64,000 nucleotides of DNA from an uncultured Candidatus Saccharibacteria bacterium (GCA_964500465.1 CAZCNB010000001.1:34567-98566), one strand, 5' to 3'. Positions 20,130 to 30,545 are shown, counted from the first letter of the stretch. The notes: generated by a model from the letters alone, not told the origin. Made by a program: numbers and translations.

Positions 20130-21257
20130 ATGAAGATATTACTTACAGGAGGTGGAACTGGTGGACATTTTTATCCACTAATTGCCATCGCAGAAGAACT
20201 CAATAATCTTGCAGAAAAACAAAAAATCATTGATTTAAAACTGTATTATATGTCAGACAGTCCATATGACAAGCATATGCTGTTTGAAAATAGAATTTCA
20301 TATGTTCAAGTTCCAGCAGGGAAAATGAGAACTTATTTTTCTATAAAAAATTTTTTTGATATTTTTTCAACTGCAACTGGTGCATTCTATGGTTTACTAA
20401 GCATGTTCTTTATATATCCTGACGTTGTTATTTCAAAAGGAGGTTACGCTGCATTTCCTGCAGTTTTTGCAGCAAAATTACTTAGAATTCCTGTAATAAT
20501 ACACGAATCTGATTCGAGTCCTGGGAGATTAAACCTTTGGACTGCTAAATTTGCTAAACGAATCGCTGTATCATGGGGTGAAGCTGGTGAAAAATTTCCA
20601 AAAGACAAAGTTGCTTTAACTGGACAACCTATACGAAAAGCAATAATTCAATCCAGTCCAGAAGGTTCTTATGATTTTTTTAAACTAGCTTCTGATTTGC
20701 CAGTTATATTTATATATTGTGGTTCACAAGGAGCAGAAATAGTAAATAATACAATATTGCAAATACTCCCTGATTTATTATCAAGATATCAAGTTATTCA
20801 TCAAACTGGTACAAAACTTTATGAAGAAGTTGTTTCCAGATCAAAATTAGTTTTAGAAAATAATCCAAATATTAGCAGATATAGACCAATTGCTTATTTA
20901 AATAATTTAACAATCAGAATGGCATCTGGTGCAGCAAGTTTGATAGTCGGTAGAGCTGGATCAACAATATTTGAGATAGCTTCTTGGGGTGTACCATCAA
21001 TAATAATCCCAATTACAAACTCAAACGGTGATCATCAGAGGAAAAATGCTTACTCCTACGCGAGAAGTGGTTCTTGTGAAGTTATAGAAGAATCCAATTT
21101 GTCACCACATGTTTTAATATCAGAAATTGATAGATTAATATCAGATCAAAATAAACTAAGTGAGATGAAAAAAAACGCACTAGCTTTTGCTAATCCGAAG
21201 GCAGCTGAAAAAATTGCCCAAGAAGCTATAAATATAGCACTAACTCACGAATACTAA
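20130..21257 (+). CDS. murG: Lipid II GlcNAc transferase MurG
   Basis: TGGGTGGHFYP, KGGY, HESD, GSQGA, DHQRKNA. Confidence 0.95.
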   Translation: MKILLTGGGTGGHFYPLIAIAEELNNLAEKQKIIDLKLYYMSDSPYDKHMLFENRISYVQVPAGKMRTYFSIKNFFDIFSTATGAFYGLLSMFFIYPDVVISKGGYAAFPAVFAAKLLRIPVIIHESDSSPGRLNLWTAKFAKRIAVSWGEAGEKFPKDKVALTGQPIRKAIIQSSPEGSYDFFKLASDLPVIFIYCGSQGAEIVNNTILQILPDLLSRYQVIHQTGTKLYEEVVSRSKLVLENNPNISRYRPIAYLNNLTIRMASGAASLIVGRAGSTIFEIASWGVPSIIIPITNSNGDHQRKNAYSYARSGSCEVIEESNLSPHVLISEIDRLISDQNKLSEMKKNALAFANPKAAEKIAQEAINIALTHEY

Positions 21258-21258
21258 T

Positions 21259-22752
21259 ATGAACGACAATATTAATAAAAAAATTGTTACCCGATTTGCT
21301 CCTAGTCCTACAGGATATCTTCATATAGGAGGAGTGAGGACTGCACTATACGCATGGGCTTATGCAAGAAAACATAATGGAACATTTATATTGAGAATTG
21401 AAGATACGGATAAGGAAAGAGAAATCCTCGGATCTATTGACCATATAATTGAATCTCTTAAGTGGCTTGGTATAACTTGGGATGAAGGACCAGATATAGG
21501 TGGACCAAATACTCCGTATAAACAATCAGAAAGATTAGAATCATATAAAAAATATGCACAAATCTTAATAGATAAAGGTCTAGCTTATGCTGATCCATAT
21601 ACAAGTGATCAACTTGAACAATTTAGAAAAGAAGCAGAAGCTAACAAAAAACCATTCTTATATAGAAATCATAGACCAGAGAATCCTCCAAAATGGGACG
21701 GGACTATGCCACTTCGTTTAAAAATTGTTGATATTAAACAAACTGAGTGGTTCGATGAAGTTCGGGGTAGACTGACTGCTGGTGAAGAAGCATTGGACGA
21801 TTTTATACTAATTAAAAGTGATGGCTATCCAACCTATAACTTTGCTCATATAATTGATGATCTAGAAATGGGAGTAACTCATATTATGCGTGCAGATGAG
21901 TTTATATCATCTACGCCTAAATTCTTGGCATTGTATGATGCCTTAGGAATAGATAGACCACATTTTGCAACATTGCCACCTATAATGGCTCCTGATGGTA
22001 AAAAAAAGCTTGGCAAGCGAGATGGTGCAAAAGATATCTTGGAATATAGAGATGATGGATATTTACCTAATGCAATGTTTAATTTCCTAGCTTATATTGG
22101 ATGGAGTCCTGAAGATGAAAGGGAAATACTTACACCTGAAGAATTTATAAAAGTATTTGATTTAAAACGCATTCATAAATCTGGAGGAGGCTTTAATGTT
22201 GATAAACTTGATTGGATAAATCGAGAATATCTAAAAAAACTTTCATATGAAGAACAAGAAGAATATATAAGTAAATACATACCAGAAAATATTAAAAATT
22301 TGCCTGGTTATTCAAATACTATCCTACACAATATAACACCAATAATAATGGAGCGTATAAATAATGCTGTAGATATAATAAAGATGGTAGAGGATAAGGA
22401 GCTAGATTATTTCTTTTCTAAACCTAATTACCAAAAGGAAAGCTTATTTTTCAAATCTTCTAAAATCCCTGCAAGTGATAAATATACGACACTTTCAAGA
22501 TACCTAGATCATGCAAAAAACATATTGGAAATGATAGATGATTCTTCTTTTAAAAAAGAAATTATAAAAGAAAAATTGTGGCCTTTCACTGAGAGCGAGG
22601 ATGTTGTATCACGAGGAGATGTCCTATGGCCTATGCGCTATGCATTATCTGGATTAGACAAATCTCCAGACCCATTTATAATTGCAGAAGTTTTAGGTAA
22701 AAAAGAAACTATTTCAAGATTAGAAGATGCAATTCTTCTATTGCAAAAATAA
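21259..22752 (+). CDS. gltX: Glutamate--tRNA ligase
   Basis: RFAPSPTGYLHIGG, LRIEDTD, KLGKR. Confidence 0.96.
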   Translation: MNDNINKKIVTRFAPSPTGYLHIGGVRTALYAWAYARKHNGTFILRIEDTDKEREILGSIDHIIESLKWLGITWDEGPDIGGPNTPYKQSERLESYKKYAQILIDKGLAYADPYTSDQLEQFRKEAEANKKPFLYRNHRPENPPKWDGTMPLRLKIVDIKQTEWFDEVRGRLTAGEEALDDFILIKSDGYPTYNFAHIIDDLEMGVTHIMRADEFISSTPKFLALYDALGIDRPHFATLPPIMAPDGKKKLGKRDGAKDILEYRDDGYLPNAMFNFLAYIGWSPEDEREILTPEEFIKVFDLKRIHKSGGGFNVDKLDWINREYLKKLSYEEQEEYISKYIPENIKNLPGYSNTILHNITPIIMERINNAVDIIKMVEDKELDYFFSKPNYQKESLFFKSSKIPASDKYTTLSRYLDHAKNILEMIDDSSFKKEIIKEKLWPFTESEDVVSRGDVLWPMRYALSGLDKSPDPFIIAEVLGKKETISRLEDAILLLQK

Positions 22753-22766
22753 GTTATAATAAGACT

Positions 22767-24080
22767 GTGCGACACAAAATCATATTAATCACAATCTTTT
22801 TTACTATGTGTGGAGTATTTCTACCACATATATCTTTTGCTGTAACAGCAGATAGTGTTAATGAGAAGATCAAAGATGTAAATGCACAAATTGAATCATT
22901 AAATAAAGAAATCGAGCAATATAAAAATCAAATTTCTCAAACAAATCAACAAAGTAACACTTTAACCAATCTAATTAAAGAGTTAACCCTAACCAGGGAT
23001 AAGCTCTTAAAAGAAACTAAACAAACCGAAAAGAAAATCACCGCAACAAATATTGTTATAGGAACTTTATCAGAAGATATAAACGATAAGCAAAAATCTA
23101 TAAACAATAGCGAAAGTGCTATGAATAAAATGTTGCGGGATTTACAGCTAAAAGATAATGATTCTATTGTTGAAAAATTACTCGCAAAAGAAAGCTTAAG
23201 TGCTGCAAATCGCGAATATAACAATATAATTTCAGTTAATGATAAACTAAAAAACTTAATTATAGATATTAAAAAACAAAAAGAAGATCTTGAATTTTCT
23301 AAAAATCAAAAACAAACCGAACAACAAAAATTATCTAAGTTAAAGAAAAGTTTAGTTCAACAAAAAATTGCTGTAGATATAACTAAAAAAGAGAAAGATA
23401 CATTACTCAAAGAAACTAAAAACAAAGAATCCAATTATAAAAAACTATTAGCTGATAGGATAAAAAAACGGGACGCTTTTGAAAAAGATCTAGAAAACTA
23501 TGAAGCACAGTTAAAATTCATCTTAAACCCAAATTTATTACCATCTGAAGGTTCTGGAATTCTATCTTGGCCACTTGATAATGTCTTTATAACTCAGTTA
23601 TTTGGAAAAACAGTAGCGGCTAAGAGGTTATATACTTCTGGGTCGCATAGTGGCGTAGATTTTCGGGCATCTATCGGAACTCCTGTTAAATCTATGGCAG
23701 ATGGAGTTATCGTTGGTAGTGGCGATACAGATTTGTATTGTAAAGGTGCTTCTTTTGGTAAGTGGATATTTATCAAATATGATAATGGTCTCTCTAGTAC
23801 TTTTGGACATTTATCATATGTTTCTGGAGTAACTGGTCAAAAAGTAAAAACTGGTGATGTTGTTGCGTTATCTGGAAACACTGGACATTCTACGGGTCCA
23901 CATTTACATGTAACTGTTTACGCTTCACAAGGAGCAGATGTAAAAACAGTACCTAGTCTTTCTTGTAATGGAAAAACGTTCATAATGCCTATTGCCCCTA
24001 CTAAAGCATACCTTGATCCAATGCTTTACTTGCCTAAAATAACGGCTGGTATGATAAAAAGTGACAGGCCTAGAGATTAG
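22767..24080 (+). CDS. Secreted coiled-coil M23 peptidoglycan endopeptidase
   Basis: Signal peptide, long coiled coil, HSGVD and STGPHLH zinc motifs intact. Confidence 0.88.
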   Translation: MRHKIILITIFFTMCGVFLPHISFAVTADSVNEKIKDVNAQIESLNKEIEQYKNQISQTNQQSNTLTNLIKELTLTRDKLLKETKQTEKKITATNIVIGTLSEDINDKQKSINNSESAMNKMLRDLQLKDNDSIVEKLLAKESLSAANREYNNIISVNDKLKNLIIDIKKQKEDLEFSKNQKQTEQQKLSKLKKSLVQQKIAVDITKKEKDTLLKETKNKESNYKKLLADRIKKRDAFEKDLENYEAQLKFILNPNLLPSEGSGILSWPLDNVFITQLFGKTVAAKRLYTSGSHSGVDFRASIGTPVKSMADGVIVGSGDTDLYCKGASFGKWIFIKYDNGLSSTFGHLSYVSGVTGQKVKTGDVVALSGNTGHSTGPHLHVTVYASQGADVKTVPSLSCNGKTFIMPIAPTKAYLDPMLYLPKITAGMIKSDRPRD

Positions 24081-24097
24081 ATGATATAATAACCAAT

Positions 24098-24511
24098 ATG
24101 AGTGAGGGGGTTAAAAATGAAGAAACTTCACACAAACATCACAAACTTCGCTTAGGTGCTTTGATTTTAGTTGTCCTACTAGTTCTGGTTTTGTTTAAAG
24201 TAAATTTACGTAAAGCAATTAATTCTCCACAATTTAATGACAACGTTTCTTATATTGAACAACATATAAGAGCTTGGTACCAAGAATCCTACAACTTTTT
24301 TAGTAATATGTTTAAAAATGATGGAACTAGCCAATTTAAAATACAAGGTGGGTTAGATTTCAAGCCTCCAGTATTAATTGATCCAAATATGATTGAAAAT
24401 AAGATTGGTGCAGATAAAATAAGAGGATACTTTAATGCTCCTTCAGATGATAATATCGATAAAAAATTTAATGAAGTATATAACCCCATAAGTACTCCAG
24501 TAAGTAACTAA
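24098..24511 (+). CDS. Hypothetical membrane-anchored protein
   Basis: N-terminal TM helix; TATAAT 7 nt before ATG. Confidence 0.6.
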   Translation: MSEGVKNEETSHKHHKLRLGALILVVLLVLVLFKVNLRKAINSPQFNDNVSYIEQHIRAWYQESYNFFSNMFKNDGTSQFKIQGGLDFKPPVLIDPNMIENKIGADKIRGYFNAPSDDNIDKKFNEVYNPISTPVSN

Positions 24512-24553
24512 ATGCGATTGTAAAAATTCAAAAAATATGTAATTATATAGCAT

Positions 24554-24660
24554 TGCCCGAGTGGGTAAAAAGTCAAACTGCTTTGATTTTTTACCAGAGC
24601 TACGCTCTGCGGACCGCCTAAGCGGGCATTTAAAAGAAATACTGCAGTATATTTCTTTAT
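24554..24660 (+). repeat. Structured element upstream of tRNA-Leu beginning with a duplicate of the tRNA 5' end
   Basis: TGCCCGAGTGG at 24554 and again at 24662; several hairpins between. Confidence 0.55.
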
Positions 24661-24662
24661 AT

Positions 24663-24747
24663 GCCCGAGTGGCGGAACTGGTATACGCGCACGACTTAAA
24701 ATCGTGTCTCGCAAGGGATGTGGGTTCGACCCCCACCTCGGGCACCA
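24663..24747 (+). tRNA. tRNA-Leu(UAA)
   Basis: Acceptor GCCCGAG/CTCGGGC, anticodon arm CACGA-CTTAAAA-TCGTG, long variable arm, GTTCGA T-loop, encoded CCA. Confidence 0.97.
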
Positions 24748-24751
24748 AAAT

Positions 24752-26167
24752 ATGTCAAATCAATATTACACAACTATAGGACTTGAAATACACGCAGAAC
24801 TTAAAACAAATTCAAAAATGTTTTGTGGATGTGTTAATAATCCCGATGAAGAGAATCCTAATGCAAACACTTGCCCGGTTTGCATGGCACATCCAGGCAC
24901 TCTTCCTGTTATAAACAAAAAAGCAGTAGAAAGTGTGATCAGAGTTGGTCTTGCTTTAAATTCAAAGATTGCAGATTTTACGGAATTCGATCGTAAAAAT
25001 TATTTCTACCCAGATATTCCAAAAGCATATCAGATATCACAATATAAATATCCAATAGTTTCGGGTGGTTCACTTAATAGTATTGAAATTACTCGTATTC
25101 ACTTAGAAGAAGATACAGCTAATAATAAGCATGATAGAGGAGATTATTCACTCGTAGATTTTAATCGTGCAGGTGTGCCCCTAATGGAACTTGTAACAGA
25201 ACCAGTAATTCATTCGGCAAAAGAAGCAGGAGATTTCGGTCGTGAATTACAATTACTACTTAGATATCTAGGAGTATCAAATGCAAATATGGAGAAGGGC
25301 GAAATGCGAGTAGAATTAAATATTTCTATATCAGGAGATCCTAAAAAGTTTGGTACAAAAGTTGAAGTAAAGAACATCAACTCATTTAAAGCAGTAGAAC
25401 GCGCAGCTGAATATGAAATAAAAAGGATGTCAAAACTACTCGATGAAGGCCGTGGAGAAGAAATAGTTCAAGAAACTCGTGGCTGGGACGAGAGTAAACA
25501 AGCTACATTTTCACAGCGTTCAAAAGAAAATGCAAATGACTATAGATACTTCCCAGACCCTGATCTACCAAAACTTTATTTGAGTAAGGCTTTTGATATT
25601 GAAAAATTAAAATCTGAACTTCCAGAACTCCCTCAAACTAAAAGAATTAGATACAAAAATGAATATGGAATTAAAGATGAAGATATCGAGAGTTATATAA
25701 TAGATCTAGAACTTGCAAATTGGTTTGAAAATGTAGCTAAAGAGTTAAAAGATAAAGAAAAAATAAAAACTGGTTCAAATTACGTAACTTCAGATTATCT
25801 AGGACTCAAAAAATCGAACGATAGTGTAAAACTCCCAAAACCTGAGAACTTTGCAGAACTTATTACTATGGTCACAGATGGACAAATATCATCCCGTGCA
25901 GCAAAAGATATTCTTGCAATGATTGTGGTTAATGATTATTCTCCAATGGAAATAGCTACTGAAAAAGACCTGATACAGAAAAATGACGAAGGGGCTCTGA
26001 AAGAAATTGTACAAAAAGTTATAGATGCTAACCCTCAAGTTATAGCTACATACAAAGGTGGTAAGGAAAATGCCCTCATGTCACTTGTTGGCCAAATAAT
26101 GAAAGAAACAAAAGGTTCAGCAAATCCTGGTCTTGTTCAAAAACTTTTGAAGGAATTGATAGGATAA
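24752..26167 (+). CDS. gatB: Asp/Glu-tRNA amidotransferase subunit B
   Basis: IGLEIHAEL, FDRKNYFYPD, RIHLEED, YRYFPDPD; start corrected to MSNQYY. Confidence 0.97.
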   Translation: MSNQYYTTIGLEIHAELKTNSKMFCGCVNNPDEENPNANTCPVCMAHPGTLPVINKKAVESVIRVGLALNSKIADFTEFDRKNYFYPDIPKAYQISQYKYPIVSGGSLNSIEITRIHLEEDTANNKHDRGDYSLVDFNRAGVPLMELVTEPVIHSAKEAGDFGRELQLLLRYLGVSNANMEKGEMRVELNISISGDPKKFGTKVEVKNINSFKAVERAAEYEIKRMSKLLDEGRGEEIVQETRGWDESKQATFSQRSKENANDYRYFPDPDLPKLYLSKAFDIEKLKSELPELPQTKRIRYKNEYGIKDEDIESYIIDLELANWFENVAKELKDKEKIKTGSNYVTSDYLGLKKSNDSVKLPKPENFAELITMVTDGQISSRAAKDILAMIVVNDYSPMEIATEKDLIQKNDEGALKEIVQKVIDANPQVIATYKGGKENALMSLVGQIMKETKGSANPGLVQKLLKELIG

Positions 26168-26337
26168 ATAATTAACCCTTAAAATAGTTTTTGATATATT
26201 AAAATTAATACAAGATATTTCGTCTCTTTTTGAGACTTCGATCATATTTTTTCATATGGCAAGCAATCGTTAAATCGGGGATGTCCATTTTTTGTGGAGG
26301 ACCCCCTTTTTATTTTTAATTTTGATATAATTAGCTA

Positions 26338-26565
26338 ATGGAATCAAAAATAAAACCAGGTAAATATAAACATTTCAAAGGAGTAATTCATAAGATTATA
26401 GGTGTAGCAAAACACACTGAAGATCATGATAAAGAATTCGTTATATATTATCACCCAGATGAAAGTGGGAACAACCAACTCTGGGCTAGGCCAAAAGAGA
26501 TGTTTTTGGAGAATGTAAAAAGAGGTGAATATGAAGGTCCTAGATTTGAGTATATTGGTGAATAA
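26338..26565 (+). CDS. DUF1653-type small protein
   Basis: PGKYKHFKG...LWARPKEMF...PRF pattern. Confidence 0.8.
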   Translation: MESKIKPGKYKHFKGVIHKIIGVAKHTEDHDKEFVIYYHPDESGNNQLWARPKEMFLENVKRGEYEGPRFEYIGE

Positions 26566-26581
26566 ATGATATAATTTTCTT

Positions 26582-27625
26582 ATGAAATTATTTAAAAAGG
26601 ATGAAAAAAAGATAAGGGTTGCTATTAATGGATTCGGTCGTATAGGTCGCGCGTTTGTAAAAATTGCTTGGGAAAAACCCGAGCTTGAAATTGTAGCTGT
26701 GAATGATTTAGGTACACTTGATAGCCTTACTTATCTATTAAAACACGATACTGTATATAGAAATTGGAATCATGATGTAAAACATGATGGTAAAGATATC
26801 TGGGTTGATGGCAAGAAAATAACATTTGTTTCTGAAAAAGACACCACAAAACTCCCTTGGAAAGATTTAGATATTGATGTGGTTGTAGAATCAACTGGAC
26901 TTTTTACTGCATTTGAAAAAGCAAAATTCCATATTGATGATGGTGCTAAAAAAGTAGTAATCTCGGCTCCAAGTAAGGGTGATGGTAGTGTAAAAGGGGA
27001 AACAATTCTGTTGGGTATAAATGAAGAAAAATTTGGTACTTGTGATATCACTTCAAACGCATCATGTACTACAAATGCTGCTTCGCCTTTGATTGGAATC
27101 CTGCATGAAGCACTTGGAATAGAGAAAGCAGTACTTTCAACTACTCATGGTTACACTGCAAGTCAATCTCTAGTAGATGGACCTAGTAAAAAAGATCTTC
27201 GTGAAGGTCGTGCTGCTGCTTGTAACATTGTTCCAAGCTCAACTGGTGCTGCAATAGCCGTTACAGAAGCTTTTCCAGACTTAAAAGGACTATTTGATGG
27301 TATATCACTTCGTGTACCAGTCCCAGCTGGATCTATTGTTGATGTTACATTTATATCGAAGAAAAATACTACAGCTGAAGAAGTAAATGGAATATTAAAA
27401 AAAGCAGCACAGAGTGATAAATGGAGTAAAATTTTTGCAGTTACAGAAGAGCCACTTGTTTCTAGTGACATTCTTGGTGAATCACATGGTTCAATTGCTG
27501 ATCTTGCAATGACTCGGGTTATAGGAGGAAATCTTGTTAAAGTTCTTGGATGGTATGACAATGAGATGTCTTACACACATACACTTGTAGATCATGTTAT
27601 AAAAACAGGGAATAGTATTAAATAA
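26582..27625 (+). CDS. gap: Type I glyceraldehyde-3-phosphate dehydrogenase
   Basis: INGFGRIGR, SNASCTTN, WYDNE. Confidence 0.97.
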   Translation: MKLFKKDEKKIRVAINGFGRIGRAFVKIAWEKPELEIVAVNDLGTLDSLTYLLKHDTVYRNWNHDVKHDGKDIWVDGKKITFVSEKDTTKLPWKDLDIDVVVESTGLFTAFEKAKFHIDDGAKKVVISAPSKGDGSVKGETILLGINEEKFGTCDITSNASCTTNAASPLIGILHEALGIEKAVLSTTHGYTASQSLVDGPSKKDLREGRAAACNIVPSSTGAAIAVTEAFPDLKGLFDGISLRVPVPAGSIVDVTFISKKNTTAEEVNGILKKAAQSDKWSKIFAVTEEPLVSSDILGESHGSIADLAMTRVIGGNLVKVLGWYDNEMSYTHTLVDHVIKTGNSIK

Positions 27626-27627
27626 CA

Positions 27628-27726
27628 ATGAAAAGGCCAGTAATGATTACCAAGATTATCATTGTATTGATATTATTATTTATAATTTACAAATTTATTC
27701 CAAGTTATATTACCGGAATAAAATAA
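27628..27726 (+). CDS. Possible 32-aa membrane peptide
   Basis: MKRPVMITKIIIVLILLFIIYKFIPSYITGIK fills the gap-dapF interval; starts 2 nt after gap stop. Confidence 0.35.
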   Translation: MKRPVMITKIIIVLILLFIIYKFIPSYITGIK

Positions 27727-27729
27727 AAT

Positions 27730-28500
27730 TTAAATTTCTCCTTTAAACACGCATTTGGCTTCACCTATAAGCCAAATGTTTTCGTATATACCATCGCGTT
27801 CTTTGAACATGATGGTCAAATCCCCACCTGGCATTTTGATGTTACAAATGTTTGCTTTTAATTTATCTAGTGAGTGGCAAGCAATTGCTACTGATGTAGC
27901 TCCAGTACCACAAGCCCAAGTCTCATCTTCTACACCACGTTCATATGTACGGACATGATAGATTCCATCTATTTCTTCTACGAAGTTTACATTTACTCCA
28001 TCTGGATCTGCATTACGAATTTTTCTCCCAGCTTCAACAACTGGAAAATTTTTAATATCAGTTATGAAAAATATATTGTGAGGGGTAGTACCTTGGCATA
28101 TAAAAGGTAGATTGTTTCTAGTAGATATTTCTTTTATGTCTTGCATTTTTAATCTAACTTCATCAGCATTTATTTCTGCTTCGTGTTCACCATCAACGGC
28201 TAAAAATTTTATATTTTTAGGATCCTTGACCATTTTTAGTATATGGTGAGCAAAATGAACTATACACCTCCCACCATTACCACACATGGAACCAATACTT
28301 CCATCATTGTTTACAAAAACCATTTTAAAATCATACCCTTTTGCTTCTTCAACTAAAATAACTCCATCTGCTCCTATGCCAAACCTTCTATGACAAAGTA
28401 GCTTAATCTGATCCTTATCCTCAATATCAAATACTTTATTACGATTATCTATCAAAATAAAGTCATTACCTGTACCGTGATATTTGTAGAATTTAAACAT
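27730..28500 (-). CDS. dapF: Diaminopimelate epimerase
   Basis: KYHGTGNDF, GIGADG, MCGNGGRC, ERGVEDETWACGTG. Confidence 0.95.
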   Translation of the reverse strand: MFKFYKYHGTGNDFILIDNRNKVFDIEDKDQIKLLCHRRFGIGADGVILVEEAKGYDFKMVFVNNDGSIGSMCGNGGRCIVHFAHHILKMVKDPKNIKFLAVDGEHEAEINADEVRLKMQDIKEISTRNNLPFICQGTTPHNIFFITDIKNFPVVEAGRKIRNADPDGVNVNFVEEIDGIYHVRTYERGVEDETWACGTGATSVAIACHSLDKLKANICNIKMPGGDLTIMFKERDGIYENIWLIGEAKCVFKGEI

Positions 28501-28544
28501 ATGGCCTATTATAATATGTTTTAATAAAATGGTATAATTTTTGC

Positions 28545-28982
28545 ATGTACAAGGTATATATTGGTTCAGATCATGCTGGATACAGCTTAAAAGAAAAGCT
28601 TAGAGTCTATTTAAGCGATCTTGGTTATGAGGTTGAAGACCAAGGGGCTTTTTCTTTTGATCCAAATGACGACTATCCAGATTTTATAAAACCAGTGGCT
28701 ATAGCTGTGGTAAATGATAAAAATAGTTTTGGCATAATATTAGGTGGTTCAGGAGAAGGAGAACAGATGGTTGCAAATAAAGTTGATGGTATAAGAGCTG
28801 CTGAATACTATGGTGGTGATTTAGATATTGTTAGACTTGCTAGAGAACACAACGATGCAAATATTTTATCATTAGGAGCTCGTTTTTTAAATGAAGAACA
28901 AGCACGTAATGCTGTCAAAATATTCCTTGAAACACCATTTTCAAGAGAAGTGAGGCACCAACGTCGCATAAATAAAATGTAA
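28545..28982 (+). CDS. rpiB: Ribose-5-phosphate isomerase B
   Basis: GSDHAG, DYPD, GGSGEGE, AREHNDANIL. Confidence 0.93.
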   Translation: MYKVYIGSDHAGYSLKEKLRVYLSDLGYEVEDQGAFSFDPNDDYPDFIKPVAIAVVNDKNSFGIILGGSGEGEQMVANKVDGIRAAEYYGGDLDIVRLAREHNDANILSLGARFLNEEQARNAVKIFLETPFSREVRHQRRINKM

Positions 28983-28984
28983 TT

Positions 28985-29674
28985 ATGACAGAAGTAATAC
29001 CAGCCATTCTAGTAGATGATTTTATAGAACTAAAAGAAAAACTATCCCAAGTAGTTGGATTAGCTAAAACTGTTCAAATTGATATTTGTGATGGAAAATT
29101 TGTAAAAAGTACTTCATGGCCAATAGGTAGCAAGAACATCGATAGCGTTGAATCTATTTTAAACGAAGAGGATGGTTTACCTTTTTGGGATTCTGTGGAT
29201 TTCGAGTTTGATTTGATGGTTAGAAACGCTCATACACAATTTGATTTTTTCATAAAACTTGGAGCAAAAAGAATAATTTTTCATCTAGAAGCAGAAGGGG
29301 ATTTGGATAGATTCAACGAATTTTTGGAAGCTATCGACATGTATACTAGAGAAAATGTTGATATAGGGGTTGCAATAAATACAAACACTGATATTAATAA
29401 TCTAAAAAATATAATACAAAATATAGATTTTGTTCAATGCATGGGTATTGAAAAAATTGGATATCAAGGCGAACCTTTTGATGTAAGGGTTTTGAATCAG
29501 ATAAAAACATTGCGAGAGATTTATCCTGAGCTTATAATAAGTGTAGATGGTAGTGTAAATGAAACTACGGCTCCAAAACTTGTAGAAGCTGGAGCAAATA
29601 GATTGGTTGTTGGTTCAGCTTTGATGAATAGTTATGATGTTCGTGCCACTATAAAAGAATTAGAAAATTTATAA
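28985..29674 (+). CDS. rpe: Ribulose-phosphate 3-epimerase
   Basis: IDICDGKFV, VDGSV, LVVGSA; pentose-phosphate context. Confidence 0.85.
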   Translation: MTEVIPAILVDDFIELKEKLSQVVGLAKTVQIDICDGKFVKSTSWPIGSKNIDSVESILNEEDGLPFWDSVDFEFDLMVRNAHTQFDFFIKLGAKRIIFHLEAEGDLDRFNEFLEAIDMYTRENVDIGVAINTNTDINNLKNIIQNIDFVQCMGIEKIGYQGEPFDVRVLNQIKTLREIYPELIISVDGSVNETTAPKLVEAGANRLVVGSALMNSYDVRATIKELENL

Positions 29675-29675
29675 A

Positions 29676-30545
29676 ATGGAAAACCTTACAGATCAAAAAA
29701 TTAGAGATTTGGAAATAAAAGCAAATAATATTCGCGAAAGCATTATAGAAATGTTGCTTGAAGCAAAATCAGGTCACACTGCAGGTCCACTTGGTATGAC
29801 GGATATTTTTACATTACTTTATTTCCATGCATTAAAACATGATCCTAATAGACCAGATTGGAATGATAGAGACAGATTAGTACTTTCTAATGGTCATATA
29901 GCCCCTGTGTTGTACGCTACGATGGCTCATGCGGGTTACATGCCTATTAAAGAGCTCCAAACTCTACGTAAATTTGGTTCCAGACTTCAAGGTCACCCGC
30001 ATCGCGAATTCATGCCTTGGTTAGAAACCTCATCTGGCCCACTGGGTTCAGGACTCTCTCAAGCAGTCGGAATGGCTATTGCTGATAGAATAGACCATGG
30101 ACAAAGTACAGACAAAACTATTTACGCATTACTTTCAGACGGTGAACACAACGAAGGCAATACTTGGGAAGGTGTGATGCTTGCAGGAAAAGAAAAACTA
30201 AGAAATTTAATAGCAATTATCGATAGAAATAATATTCAAATAGACGGATACACTGAGGATATTATGCCACTTGGAGATATGACAAGAAAATACGAAGAAT
30301 TTGGATGGCATGCGCAAGAAATAGACGGACATAATTTTAGAGAGATAAATGATGCTATAAACAGAGCAAAGGCAGTATATGATAAACCATCAGTAATAGT
30401 TGCAAGAACAATTCCAGGTCGTGGGGTGAAAGAATTTGAAAGAGATTATCATTGGCATGGCAAGGCTCCAAATAAAGAAGAGGCTGAAATGGCATTGAAG
30501 GAATTGCGCACATTAGGAGGAAAGATTACAAGTGAACACGAATAA
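29676..30545 (+). CDS. Transketolase, N-terminal subunit
   Basis: DRLVLSNGH, LQGHP, SGPLGSG, SDGEHNEG. Confidence 0.93.
   Translation: MENLTDQKIRDLEIKANNIRESIIEMLLEAKSGHTAGPLGMTDIFTLLYFHALKHDPNRPDWNDRDRLVLSNGHIAPVLYATMAHAGYMPIKELQTLRKFGSRLQGHPHREFMPWLETSSGPLGSGLSQAVGMAIADRIDHGQSTDKTIYALLSDGEHNEGNTWEGVMLAGKEKLRNLIAIIDRNNIQIDGYTEDIMPLGDMTRKYEEFGWHAQEIDGHNFREINDAINRAKAVYDKPSVIVARTIPGRGVKEFERDYHWHGKAPNKEEAEMALKELRTLGGKITSEHE

Noticed and set aside
24443-24779. ORFs 24443-24748, 24508-24714 and 24561-24779, plus the N-terminal extension of gatB
   Set aside because: They overlap tRNA-Leu; the same applies to ORF 40020-40235 over tRNA-Ile
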